64,000 nt of DNA. Origin: Nemertoderma westbladi (Eukaryota > Animalia > Xenacoelomorpha). The notes under the pieces are model-generated. The model did not search any database. It saw only the letters and a list, made by a program, of their open reading frames with translations, and was not told where the DNA came from. How positions within the stretch are numbered: position 1 is the stretch's first letter; each line of letters opens with the position of its first letter. Below, piece after piece: positions 9,667-20,831 of this stretch. The stretch spans positions 1 to 64,000 of the forward strand of contig JAUCBJ010004955.1 in the NCBI GenBank assembly GCA_032718475.1. The letters run 5' to 3'. Position numbers and translations under genes: made by a program.

Positions 9667-11019
9667 AGTTATAATAAATTTATTTATCCAAATTTAAAAT
9701 GCGTTAAATTATTATTACTGTAGGATAAATCAGCTGGGTTTTCTGACAAATTTTGCAATACATTGGGGTTGTCTGCATGTACCATGTGTACCGGTACTGT
9801 CAGGCTGTACTCAATACTGCAATACTGGTCAGCCGGTACCATACACTGCAGACATGCCATATCATGTAATCTAATTAACCCCGGCAACCCTTGCGGTGAT
9901 TAAAGTTTAGGCCTAATTAGCCCAGTACTAGTAGTAATTAGCCCACCGGTAATAATAATATAATAGTTTAGATAGTTACCGCTAATCATTCAGTCATTGC
10001 TGCATTGGCACGGTACACCGTATTGCTGTACTGCCGTTGTCAGTTGTAGTGCGCACCGTAGGTACCACCCATGGCCTACTACGAGGACTTTGCTGTGAAA
10101 TTAGCGTAGGCTGACTGTGCTGATTATCAGATTATGGTACTGTCAGACTGTGGTACAAGCTATATACTGTTAGGTATACTGCTGTATTGGGGTGGGGTTA
10201 GGAATAATCCATTTGTTTTAGCATTTAATCCCCTTATTTATTATAAAACCATTGGAAATATTCGCAAATGCCGCTCCATTCTGCCATTACTGTCTGAAAC
10301 GCTCCCGACAGTCCGATGTATCTGGACCCGAGCAGCCGAGTTGCTTCAAGAGGTGATTAACGGGGGAATACTACGCAGTGCTACGGAATTGCTTGTTTGT
10401 CAGTACGATTCTATTTGGGTATTTACTACACTCAGACACTGGGAATACGGCGGTCGGTCAGATCGTAATGCGGGCCACTGCCAAGTTCCTCATGCCTCAC
10501 TCCGGTCACCCACCTTGGAGTGCGGTGGGAAGAGTCCCACTTACTGACTTACGTCGACGACTGGACGAATCGACGAGGATTGCGATCTGGGTTTAGCGGC
10601 GGCCCGGATCCTGGTATCGCCTGGGGGAAATGGTTGAACGTCGGGCATACTTGTATCGCACTGGATTACGTTCTCTGCGACGTGAAAGTGTGAAGCGAAT
10701 TCGTTGTCGAATTGGGTCGAAAGCTGCGGGAATTCTACTGTTCTACGGGAGTAAACCGCAGCGGTCCGGTGACAACGGACGGATACTACTGGGATAAGCA
10801 GGTATTTCGATCGAGTTTCTCGTATTCTCGATGCTCGAGGCGGATAGAGAGTTGGTTGTGTTGGACGGTGTTGTTCAATTCTATCAAACGTATTAAATAA
10901 TTGGTAAAATAATAAAAACACACCAGATAAAGATACTGAGCTTATGGTAAAGAGATAGGCCGAACTTACAATTTCCAAATAGATTGTTCATATAATAAAT
11001 ATATTTTTGGTATTTGATT

Positions 11020-11282
11020 TCAAGATAGGGGGGGGGGGGGGGGGACTGGACGCAATAAAAATTAATCCCTCTCCAGGGGAAATTGGACGCAAATAACAAC
11101 AGCTGATTACTCTCAAAAATAAAACTGTAACCTGTTCTATTGTGTTTACTTTATTGTTTTGGTTAAAATAACGTGCCACTGTAACCTGCTCCTTTCCCAA
11201 AATTGAGAAATTAATATTGAGGCGGGATATTAATTCGCCAAGATGGGATTTGCGTCCAGTCCCACCCCCCTCCTATCTCTTG
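11020..11282. mobile_element. Small MITE-like element
   Basis: Inverted termini GATAGG(G)nGGACTGGACGCAA / TTGCGTCCAGTCCCACCCCCTCCTATC. Confidence 0.55.
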
Positions 11283-12150
11283 ATTTTACTAAAAAATAGA
11301 ATACATTGCATTTTACTGTTATAATTACTGTATTGAATAAAATAATTAATTGATTGTTTATTAAACCGTGCTAAGCACGTTGAACTGGAGCTCTAACAAT
11401 TCCCCACTAGCGGCAGACAGGAACTGTAAAAGTCTCTGTAGAATTTCTAATTAAGCAATGCTCTTAGGTAACTACTACTAAATTTCAGATGAATCTGATC
11501 GTTGGTTCTATAATTACAGCTATTTTTACGTTTCTGTTAATTCGCCCCCTAGCGGCAGACAGGGGAACTGTAGAAGTCTGTCTGTGTGTAGAATTTCAAA
11601 ATTTTTTATAGACTACATGTGTACCAAGTTTGGTTCCATTTCATCCTTGATTGACTGACTTATAAGCGTTCAAACATTCCTGCCACAAACATAGCCAGAG
11701 GCAGCCACAAACAAATAAAAGCTGCAGGAACTCTAGCGATAATTAATTAATTAATTATTAAATACTGTTTCAATTAAATTACTTACGAAAATCTAGTCAT
11801 CTTCTTTTAAATATGGACCCTGCATTCGTGGAAAATATAATATTTGATAATTCAGCAGTCAGCCTACGCTAATTTCACAGCAAAGTCCTTGTCATGGCCT
11901 GTGTGTAGTAGGCCATGGTACCACCCTACTACCGGTACCGGCTGACCGGTGGCAACTAGCACTTCAGCACTTGCACAGCAACAGCACTACCGGCGATACA
12001 CAGGTTGGAATTTATGTAGAGTTTGCTCAACAGTACAGATATAAAATAGTTATCTAAATTATATATATTACTATTGACAAGTATTGAAATATATACCGTT
12101 ATTCGTGTTATCAGTATTTGCAACATCTGACATTGAAGAGGTGAGAGAAG

Positions 12151-12481
12151 ATGAATACCGGCACTCAACAAAACCAACGCTTATCACAGGTCGGTATGGT
12201 TACCTCGAAACCGGCGCGACTGTCCACTCGAATACAACTTCAAAACACAAACGCCAACAATAAACTGAAAGCGAATCGAACGTCTTCAGAAGAATCTGTC
12301 ATTGGGACGAAGAAAAGGAAGCCGAAACCACGGGAATGGACCACAGCTAAGATTGAATGCTCCCATTGTCAGAGTTCCTGGACCGAAATTGAAACACCAA
12401 TTGCCGATGGGCTTGATCTCTCAAACCAAAACTTCCTCTGCGGGGTTTGCGTGGCAGTAAAGATTGAAAGTCTGGAAGCTG
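12151..12481 (+). pseudogene. Fragment of a LINE (CR1/L2-like) ORF1 with Cys-rich zinc finger, interrupted by insertion(s); probably resumes near 14420-14560
   Basis: IECSHCQSSW...NFLCGVC...KIESLE (CxxC...CxxC followed by a coiled-coil start). Coding-like sequence breaks exactly where the repeat at 12482 begins. Confidence 0.5.
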
Positions 12482-14366
12482 GCATCCCTAGGTATTATTA
12501 TTATAAAGAGCGTCAGCCTGCGTTTAATAAATATATTTTAATACAAAACAGGTCGAACGCAAAGAGGCTTATAATGAAGACGAGTACTGCATTGATTATA
12601 TTCCTATAAACCACCTGGCTTTGCATATTGAACGTGCGTTTGGAAATAAGTTCGTGCTACCCTTCCGTGGGTGGTAGATGTCGCGGTTATGTATTGGTGG
12701 GTGGGGGGAGGGGGGGGGGGGGTGCAGATTAAAAGGGGTGAACACGTACTGTCCCCCTTTCTTTGATTAATTGGTGGTGTGGGTTAATCTCTCATAACCT
12801 GATTTTGTGATACAGTCGCACAATTTTAATTTGTATCTCATAACTGGGCCTCGTGCTGCGCGAAGGCCCCACGAACGTGTCGTTCTGTCGTGTTCAATTT
12901 TAAACGTTAATAACTCGGCCAATCTTTGATGAAATCTATCCAAACTTGGTACACATGTTGTTTGGCAAAAGTTTAGAAATTTTCCAAGTAGAATTTCCGT
13001 GTGGCCTTCGAGAAGCTAAGATAATAGCAGTTAATTAGTTAATTAAGTTGATTACGGTGAAAACACCATTTTCAACCTGCCTTTTAAAGGAAATTAATTG
13101 TTTTACAGTATAAGATTTAAATAATTATACTTAAAAATTATACAGATATAATCCCCATACGCCATTCTATTATAGTTTTTAATTAGTTTAAGTGATTTGC
13201 TTTAATAAATGTGTCTTTAATTGATCTAAACGTAATTAAACCGCACAATTATTGAGTACAAATTTAATCCTTCCCATTATTGGTCAAGTCTCTGCTGGTG
13301 TGGAGCTAGCTGCTGGGAGTTGTGGCTGTAGACTAACCTGAGAGGAATTGTAATAGAGGCAACCAGTATTGCTATTCCAGCCCAATCACTGAATTGTGTT
13401 TATTATAGGCTGGACGGGCCGCATAACCGTTCGACTATTACTACTATTGCTATCTCAGTTAAATGACAGATATAATAACATAAATACAATCCATGGCATG
13501 GCTGTTGTAGGCTTCTGAAATAGTTTATTCCACAATGTATATGTCTGGTTATTTTTTAATTGAATTTTTGCAAAGTAGTAAAATTAATGTTCTTAAAAAT
13601 AATATTATTATTTTATATGTAACCTAGGAAATTAGCTACATTTTTTCGCTGCAGCTTTAAGAGTGTACATTGATTTAATATTATTTCAATACCCATATTA
13701 CTACATCGGCATAAGATGCGTTGGCGTTGTATCACACATCTCCACATATCACACATCTCCACATAGATGTATCAACAGTTACTCGCACAGTTTCGAAACT
13801 TCGCATAGTTATAACTGTATAAAGATCGTCAGTCTGCGTTTAGGAAAAATATTTTATGACAAAACAGGACAAGCGACGAGCGCAACGAGGCATATAATGA
13901 AGACGAGTACTGCGTTGACTAAATTATTATATAAACCACCTGGCTTCACATATTGATCGCATCCCTAGTTATTATTATTATAAAGATCGTCCTAGCTTGC
14001 GTTTAAGAAATATATTTAAATACAAAACAGGACGAACGCAAAGAGGCTTATAATGAAAACGAGTACTGCGTTTATTATACTGTATTCCTATAAACCACCT
14101 GGCTTTGCATATTTAACGTGCGATTGGAAATAAGTTCGTGCTACCCTTCCGTGGGTGGTAGATGTCGCGGTTATGTATTGGTGGTTGGGAAGGGTGGGGG
14201 GGGGGGGGGGGAGATTAAAAGGGGTGAACACGTACTGTCCACCTTTCTTTGATTGATTGGTGGTGTGGGTAAATTTCTCAAAACCTGATTTTGTGATACA
14301 GTCGCTGCATTTTAATTTGTATATAATAACCAAGCCTCGTGCTGCGCGAAGTCCCCACGAACGTGT
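12482..14366. repeat. Two ~400-bp copies of a non-coding interspersed repeat (12482-12880, 13959-14366) plus a partial copy at ~13815-13955; possibly a non-autonomous Helentron/DINE-like element
   Basis: Direct repeats from GCATCCCTAG to CCCCACGAACGTGT. Nearby CATGTGTACCAAGTTTGG (~11616) and its inverse CCAAACTTGGTACACATG (~12940). Family assignment is tentative. Confidence 0.6.
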
Positions 14367-16184
14367 ATATTTTTATCTGCGCTATTTTATTTATATTCCC
14401 GTATTCTACTGTATAATTTATACTGTAGACTTCTCCCAGAACATCGACCAAGGCACCAGTAATGACAGAACCAACGATATCAACACTCCAGCTCAAACTC
14501 AACTCCATGATCCAAATAACTCCACTTCCTCGACTGCCGAGTTACTCGAATCAGCCTATGGTGGAGTATGGTTCAATATATTATATTATTAGGATATCGC
14601 GGAGACATCACAGTCATAGCAGCGATTGAACAATAAAATCATCGATTTAAAATTACAAGTAAAAACTCACATAAAATATACACAACCTCTTATGCTATGG
14701 CTTAAAATTAAGTAATATATTTATTGAGTACGAATTTGTAATTAAAGTAAAATTATCTAAATATTAACACATTGACTTGTACTAATTTGCTACATAAAAC
14801 GATCCAAACTTTAAAAATCTGTTAAAATCAACAGTAGCTACACCAGCCTTAAAAATATTTAACGAATTAGATGATACTAAGTCGGATGGTAGAGAGTTCC
14901 AAGCTTGTACAATACGATTATTAAATACATTTTGAATTGCTACTGATCGACACGATAGCTGTTGCAGCTTATATGGATGACCGCGCGTCGCCCGCACAGG
15001 CGAAACTGTTTGAAAAATATAGGTAGCACGAATATTGACCAAACCATTAAATATTTTATACACTAAAATTATATCTACTGTATATGTATACGGCGCAGTT
15101 CAAGTGGTTCTAGCTTCAAATATTGTAGCCTACCGGGCATGGTGTATTTTTATCAAGATTGCACCGCATAAATAACCGTCGTGTAAAATAGCGCTGTACC
15201 GATTCTAGCTTATCACATAGCCCAATGAACGGCCTACTTTTAATAAACGGATTCCATACTGAACTGGCATATTCTACAATAGGTCTGGCATACACTTTGT
15301 AAGCAAATAAAATAGCGTTCATATCTTTAGTTGTAAAGCACCGGAATAATAAATTTATTGTTTTATAGCACTTAAAGACTATATTATCTATATGTATTTG
15401 AAAATATAGTTTACTATATTATCTATATGTATTTGAAAATATAGTTTATTGTCCATTTCGACACCCAAATCGCGGTGGCAATGGACATCTGCTAAGAGAT
15501 CTTGATTTATGTAATAATTGGATGTATTTGTACAGTTTCCTATCGATAATACTTTGCACTTCTCTTCTGCAATATTCAACTGCCATGTCTTCGACCAATT
15601 TGCAAATAAATCAAGATCTGACTGCAAAACGCTACGATCATCACTACAATTAAATTAAGAAAATAGTTTAGTATCATCTGCAAATAATCGCGCACTTGTA
15701 GCATTACTAAAAATATGTGGTAAGTCATTTACAAATGAGGAATAACAACGGCCCGCTACATGAACCTTGAGGGACGCCTGACTTAACGCGCTGATATTGT
15801 GAAAAACGATTGCGAATTTTTACTCGTTGAATGCGATCAAATAAAAAGCACTTGAACCAGCGGAGGACGTTCCCTGTTACACCAAGTGACTCTAGTTTAA
15901 CTAGTAACTTACTTACTACTACACTATCGAACGTTTTCGAGTAATCAATATATATAACATCCGTAAATTCGTGTCTATTTACACTATTTGACCAATGAAA
16001 AGTGCAATCGAGTAATTGCAAAACCGTGCTGCGATTTCTCAAGAAACCAAATTGTTGCTTAGATAAAAGATTGTTATTTAACAAATATTCAACTAATTCA
16101 AGTACCAATATACGTTCAAATAATCGGCATACTGCCGATGTAAGTGAAATAGGCCGATAATTAGCTGGTATGGAGCGTTATCAG

Positions 16185-16654
16185 TGTAATGCCGTGTTAC
16201 TATGTAAAGTTGTGCATGCCTGAATATTTAGTAGGAATGGAACTAGAATAACCAGAACTGACATTTAATATATAGTCACATAAATCACTAATAATATAGA
16301 CACTAAGTTAAAAGCATGAAGACCACATATGTAGTGTAGTAAACATTAATTCCCATTTTATTATCTTTTCTTATTCCGTTCTAAATAATATTTGTATGTC
16401 TACCATTAGTTACATTGTAGAATAGATAAAGTAGTTAGTTATGCATGGGAGAGATTATGTAGGATAACATTATATAAAGGCAAGACAGAAAACGGAAGGA
16501 AGAGAAAAACATTTCAGAAACATTAAAATCCTTAACTGTAATATTTTGATTATCATATTTTATTATTATCTCAATTATGTAAAGGTCATAATAAATATAG
16601 AAAACTAAATAAACTTTATTTTATTGAAATATAACATCCATAATAACCTTTACA
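16185..16654 (+). repeat. 5' LTR of the Gypsy element (470 bp)
   Basis: TGTAATGCCG...CCTTTACA, repeated at 20361-20831. Confidence 0.95.
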
Positions 16655-16656
16655 TT

Positions 16657-16674
16657 TGGTGACCCGGACGAGAT
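16657..16674 (+). promoter_or_regulatory. Primer-binding site, tRNA-Trp type
   Basis: TGGTGACCCGGACGAGAT lies 2 nt after the LTR and is close to the complement of the tRNA-Trp 3' end (TGGTGACCCCGACGTGAT). Confidence 0.85.
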
Positions 16675-16701
16675 CTGAACTTGCGAAACTCAAAAAAAAA
16701 A

Positions 16702-16732
<31 letters not shown>

Positions 16733-16757
16733 AAAAAGGAAAAAAAAAAGGAAAGAA

Positions 16758-17657
16758 ATGGCCGAAGGAGAGGAAAACACATTAGAAGAAATGGGTGGTG
16801 GTGATTTCGCAGTTCCACAACAAATCGCACGAGTAACCGTCAAACCTCCGGTATTTTTTCGATCCAACCCGAGTGTTTGGTTCCGGATGTTGGAATCTCA
16901 TTTTACTCTAGCAAACATCACGAATCCGGCTACAAAATTCCACCATGTCATGGCGAATCTTCCTGAAGATGTAGCGCTAAACATCGCAGGAGAAATTAAC
17001 ACTTATGACGAGATTAAATCAACGATATTACAACTTTATCAGAAAACTAAATCTGAACTGCTAGAAGAGGCTCTGGGACAGGTTTCGTTGGATGGGCAGA
17101 AACCGTCCTTAGTTTACCTTCGGATTAAAAGAAAACTAAACGAGTGTAACCTAACCGCTGATGACGACTTAGTGCGACATAAACTTCTGCAAGCTCTACC
17201 AATCAGTGCTCGATCTGCTTTAATAGCACACCAGCAACTGCCACCAGAAGCATTCGCAGCATTGGCCGATACAATCCTACAGTTTACCTCGCAATCCCCA
17301 CAACCAGTTCCTATGTTTAGTTCTGCACCAGTATACCAACCACAACCACCACCACAACCACGAGAATCGGGGATAATTAATCATGAGTACGACTCACCAC
17401 AACATCGACCGTCACGCTCACGTTTTCGTGATAACAACACTCCAGCCCGAGAATATAATACAAAACCAATAAGCGGAGTGATTTACCCATTTTCGGAAGG
17501 ACAGAAGCCGAAAATATGTCGCTTCCATATTTTCTATGGTGAGAAAGCAAGGCGTTGTAAACATTGGTGCCGGTGGCCAGCCGTAAAACCCAGTCATATA
17601 GTGGAATCGTCCAGACCAAACTCCCAAGCCACTTCTCCCACTCGCTCGGAAAACTAA
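16758..17657 (+). CDS. gag: Gypsy Gag (intact, 299 aa) with CHCC motif
   Basis: VKPPVFFRSNPSVWFRMLESHF N-terminal motif; CRFHIFYGEKARRCKHWC knuckle characteristic of the CsRn1 clade. Confidence 0.9.
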   Translation: MAEGEENTLEEMGGGDFAVPQQIARVTVKPPVFFRSNPSVWFRMLESHFTLANITNPATKFHHVMANLPEDVALNIAGEINTYDEIKSTILQLYQKTKSELLEEALGQVSLDGQKPSLVYLRIKRKLNECNLTADDDLVRHKLLQALPISARSALIAHQQLPPEAFAALADTILQFTSQSPQPVPMFSSAPVYQPQPPPQPRESGIINHEYDSPQHRPSRSRFRDNNTPAREYNTKPISGVIYPFSEGQKPKICRFHIFYGEKARRCKHWCRWPAVKPSHIVESSRPNSQATSPTRSEN

Positions 17658-20335
17658 CACCCCTCAGTGCCTCAGCTGCGACCACTGAGGGAGCTGCCGT
17701 CTTTAAAGTTACCGCAGCAATCTCAAACTCGATTGGTGACACTGAACTCAAGCTTCCCTTTCTTATTGACACTGGTTCTCAGGTAAGCATTATTCGTCCT
17801 GGAACAATAAAAAACTTTATTTGGGAATCTACAGATACTCAGTTACGCAGTGCTAGCGGTTCTCCGATAACTGTATTTGGAAAAGTAACTTTACACATTT
17901 TATTATTCCGACGAAAATTCTCATGGACATTTTACATTGCCGATGTACGGGATAATATAATTGGACTTGATTGTTGATTAAAAAGTTCAAAAATATTTAG
18001 TCGCATAGATCTCATTCGAGCCTATAATCAAATAGCAGTAGCTGAAGAAGATATACCCAAAACTGCTGTCACAACTCCATTTGGGCTGTTTGAATTTGTT
18101 CACATGCCTTATGGTCTACGTAATGCTGCACAAACATTTCAGCGCAAAATGAACGAAACACTTGGAGATCTTGAATTTGTATACCTCTACCAAGATGATA
18201 TTCTAATTCATAGCACAGATGTGGAAAAACATATGAAACATTTACGAGTTGTGTTCGAATGCCTCCGCCAACATAACTTGAAGGCAAACTTTGGTAAGTG
18301 CGATTGGTTAAAACTGCAACTAACCTTTTTAGGGTTTGAAGTATCAGCAGATGGGGTTGCCCCACCCAAAGATCGCATAGCTACACTCTCTGCATTACCT
18401 GAACCAAAGAGTTACTCTGAACTTCGCCGTATTATCGGAATGTTCAACTTTTATCGACGATTTGTACCTCAATTCAGCAAAATTGTGCACCCACTACAAA
18501 ATCTATTAGCTTCCACTCAACCTACCTCAAAGAAAATCCCACAACGGAAATTTCTAGACAAAGAATGGACTTTACAACACTCATCTGCATTTGCAGATCT
18601 AAAGTCGGCACTAACTAATTCCATCAAACTCCACCATCCTTCCCTGCAAGACTCCCCGTTGTCCCTGACAACCGATGCTTCTGCAGTTGCAATTGGTGCT
18701 GCACTTCATGAGGTTCACAGTGGAGAATAAACTGTTCCTCTCTTTTTCTATTCACGCCGTCTTACTCCAAAGGAATCAATAATGTCCGCATTCGAAAGGG
18801 AATTACTTGCTGCTTATGACAGCACAGTTTACTTTCGATCAATGATCGAAGGTCGCCATGTGACACTATATACTGATCAGAAACCACTTGTTGGAGCTTT
18901 TACTAAATCCGAGAGTTTATCTCCAAGACAAAATAGACAATTGTCTTATCTCACTGAATTTATTGATCAATTAGAATATATACCTGGCCAAGCTAATATA
19001 GTCGCCGACACACTCTCACGGAATATTGCTTCTACTTATATTGATTATTTTGGTTTAGATGATATTTCTAAATTACAAAAAGAAGAAATGACCCTCCTTC
19101 CAGAAAAACATTCATTGAAACTTAAAATATTTAAGACTGCTACTTTCCAGGACTTACTATGTGATATATCAATGGTACAACCGAGACCTATACTCCCCAG
19201 ACGATGTCGCAAGGTTATATTTGACGAATTACATAAACTAGCTCATCCTGGTGTTAAATCATCAATCCATCTGATTACAGACTGATACATATGGTATGAT
19301 GCCAAACGAGATATTACGAACTGGGTTCGTAGTTGTATACAATGCCAAAAAGCCAAGATTACAACACATGCTAAAGCACCACTGAAAGAGTTTCCACTCA
19401 CTTCACGATTCTCACATATCCACAGTGACATCGTCGGACCCTTACCTACACATTCAAGCCCAGAACGTTACATTGTAACTTTCATAGACTGCCATACTGG
19501 TTGGGTTGAAGCCAAACCAGTAGCCAGCATCACGGCAGAGGATATAGCCACTGCTTTTCTCGACGTTTGGTTTTCACGTTATGGAGTTCCCCTACACATG
19601 ACTACAGATCGCGGATCACAATTTGAATCGGAATTATTATCTCAAGTGTCCAAAGTTATTGGATTTCACCGTCTCCGCACTACAGCATACCACCCCCAGG
19701 CAAACGGAAAGATAGAACGCTTTCATAGAGTACTTAAGAATGCTCTAAAAGCCCGAGGTGAAGATTGGATACAAGCCCTTCCTGTCGTTTTATTCAGCTA
19801 CAGAATTACCCCCTCACACGTAACAGGAATATCCCCATTCGAACTAGTAACAGGATCAAAACCGATGTTACCAGCTATCATGATCAACCCCACTGATAGC
19901 ACTTACAACCTCGAGTTTGTAGATAAGTTACATCAACATATAACACAACTCGGTTTTATAGCACAAACTACAGCCATCGATCAAGACGAGACAAGACGAT
20001 ATTACAAACAAATTCATATTCCAAAAGACCTGGATACATGCGACAAAGTCTTCGTTCGAATCGATCGCATCCGAAAGCCGCTAGAGGCGCCATACAATGG
20101 CCCATTTAAAGTGGGTAGTAGATCGGACAAATACTTTACACTAATAACACCAAAAGGAGAACAAACTGTTTCTATTGACAGGTTAAAGCCCTGTTACGGA
20201 ACTCAGACTAAAGTAAAACAACAACCCGCAAAGGAACGAGAACAGCAACTACACACCGAACCCTCCTATAACACCATCAAAACTCGTAGTGGTTCGAAAA
20301 TTGTACATTTTAATCTTCCTAAAAATAACTCGTGA
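17648..20335 (+). pseudogene. pol: Gypsy pol (PR-RT-RH-IN) in the -1 frame, with an internal deletion of the RT N-terminus and three in-frame stops
   Basis: PR FLIDTGS; RT MPYGLRNA...YQDD; RH TTDAS...ADTLSR; IN HHCC, HSDIVGP, TDRGSQF, GKIERFH, GPF. Stops at 17975, 18728 and 19283. Confidence 0.92.
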
Positions 20336-20360
20336 TTCCATTTCAAAATTGGGGGAGATC

Positions 20361-20831
20361 TGTAATGCCGTGTTACTATGTAAAGTTGTGCATGCCTGAA
20401 TATTTAGTAGGAATGGAACTAGAATAACCAGAACTGACATTTAATATATAGTCACATAAATCACTAATAATATAGACACTAAGTTAAAAGCATGAAGACC
20501 ACATATGTAGTGTAGTAAACATTAATTCCCATTTTATTATCTTTTCTTATTCCGTTCTAAATAATATTTGTATGTCTACCATTAGTTACATTATAGAATA
20601 GATAAAGTAGTTAGTTATGCATGGGAGAGATTATCGTAGGATAACATTATATAAAGGCAAGACAGAAAACGAAAGGAAGAGAAAAACATTTCAGAAACAT
20701 TAAAATCCTTAACTGTAATATTTTGATTATCATATTTTATTATTATCTCAATTATGTAAAGGTCATAATAAATATAGAAAACTAAATAAACTTTATTTTA
20801 TTGAAATATAACATCCATAATAACCTTTACA
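20361..20831 (+). repeat. 3' LTR of the Gypsy element (471 bp)
   Basis: Copy of 16185-16654, preceded by the PPT and followed by the TSD. Confidence 0.95.

Larger units (their letters stand above)
16185..20831 (+). mobile_element. Ty3/Gypsy LTR retrotransposon, CsRn1-like clade, defective pol
   Basis: LTRs 16185-16654 and 20361-20831 (TG...CA, near identical); 4-bp TSD TCAG (16181-16184, 20832-20835); tRNA-Trp-type PBS; PPT GGGGGAGA at 20351-20358; CHCC gag motif. Confidence 0.95.
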
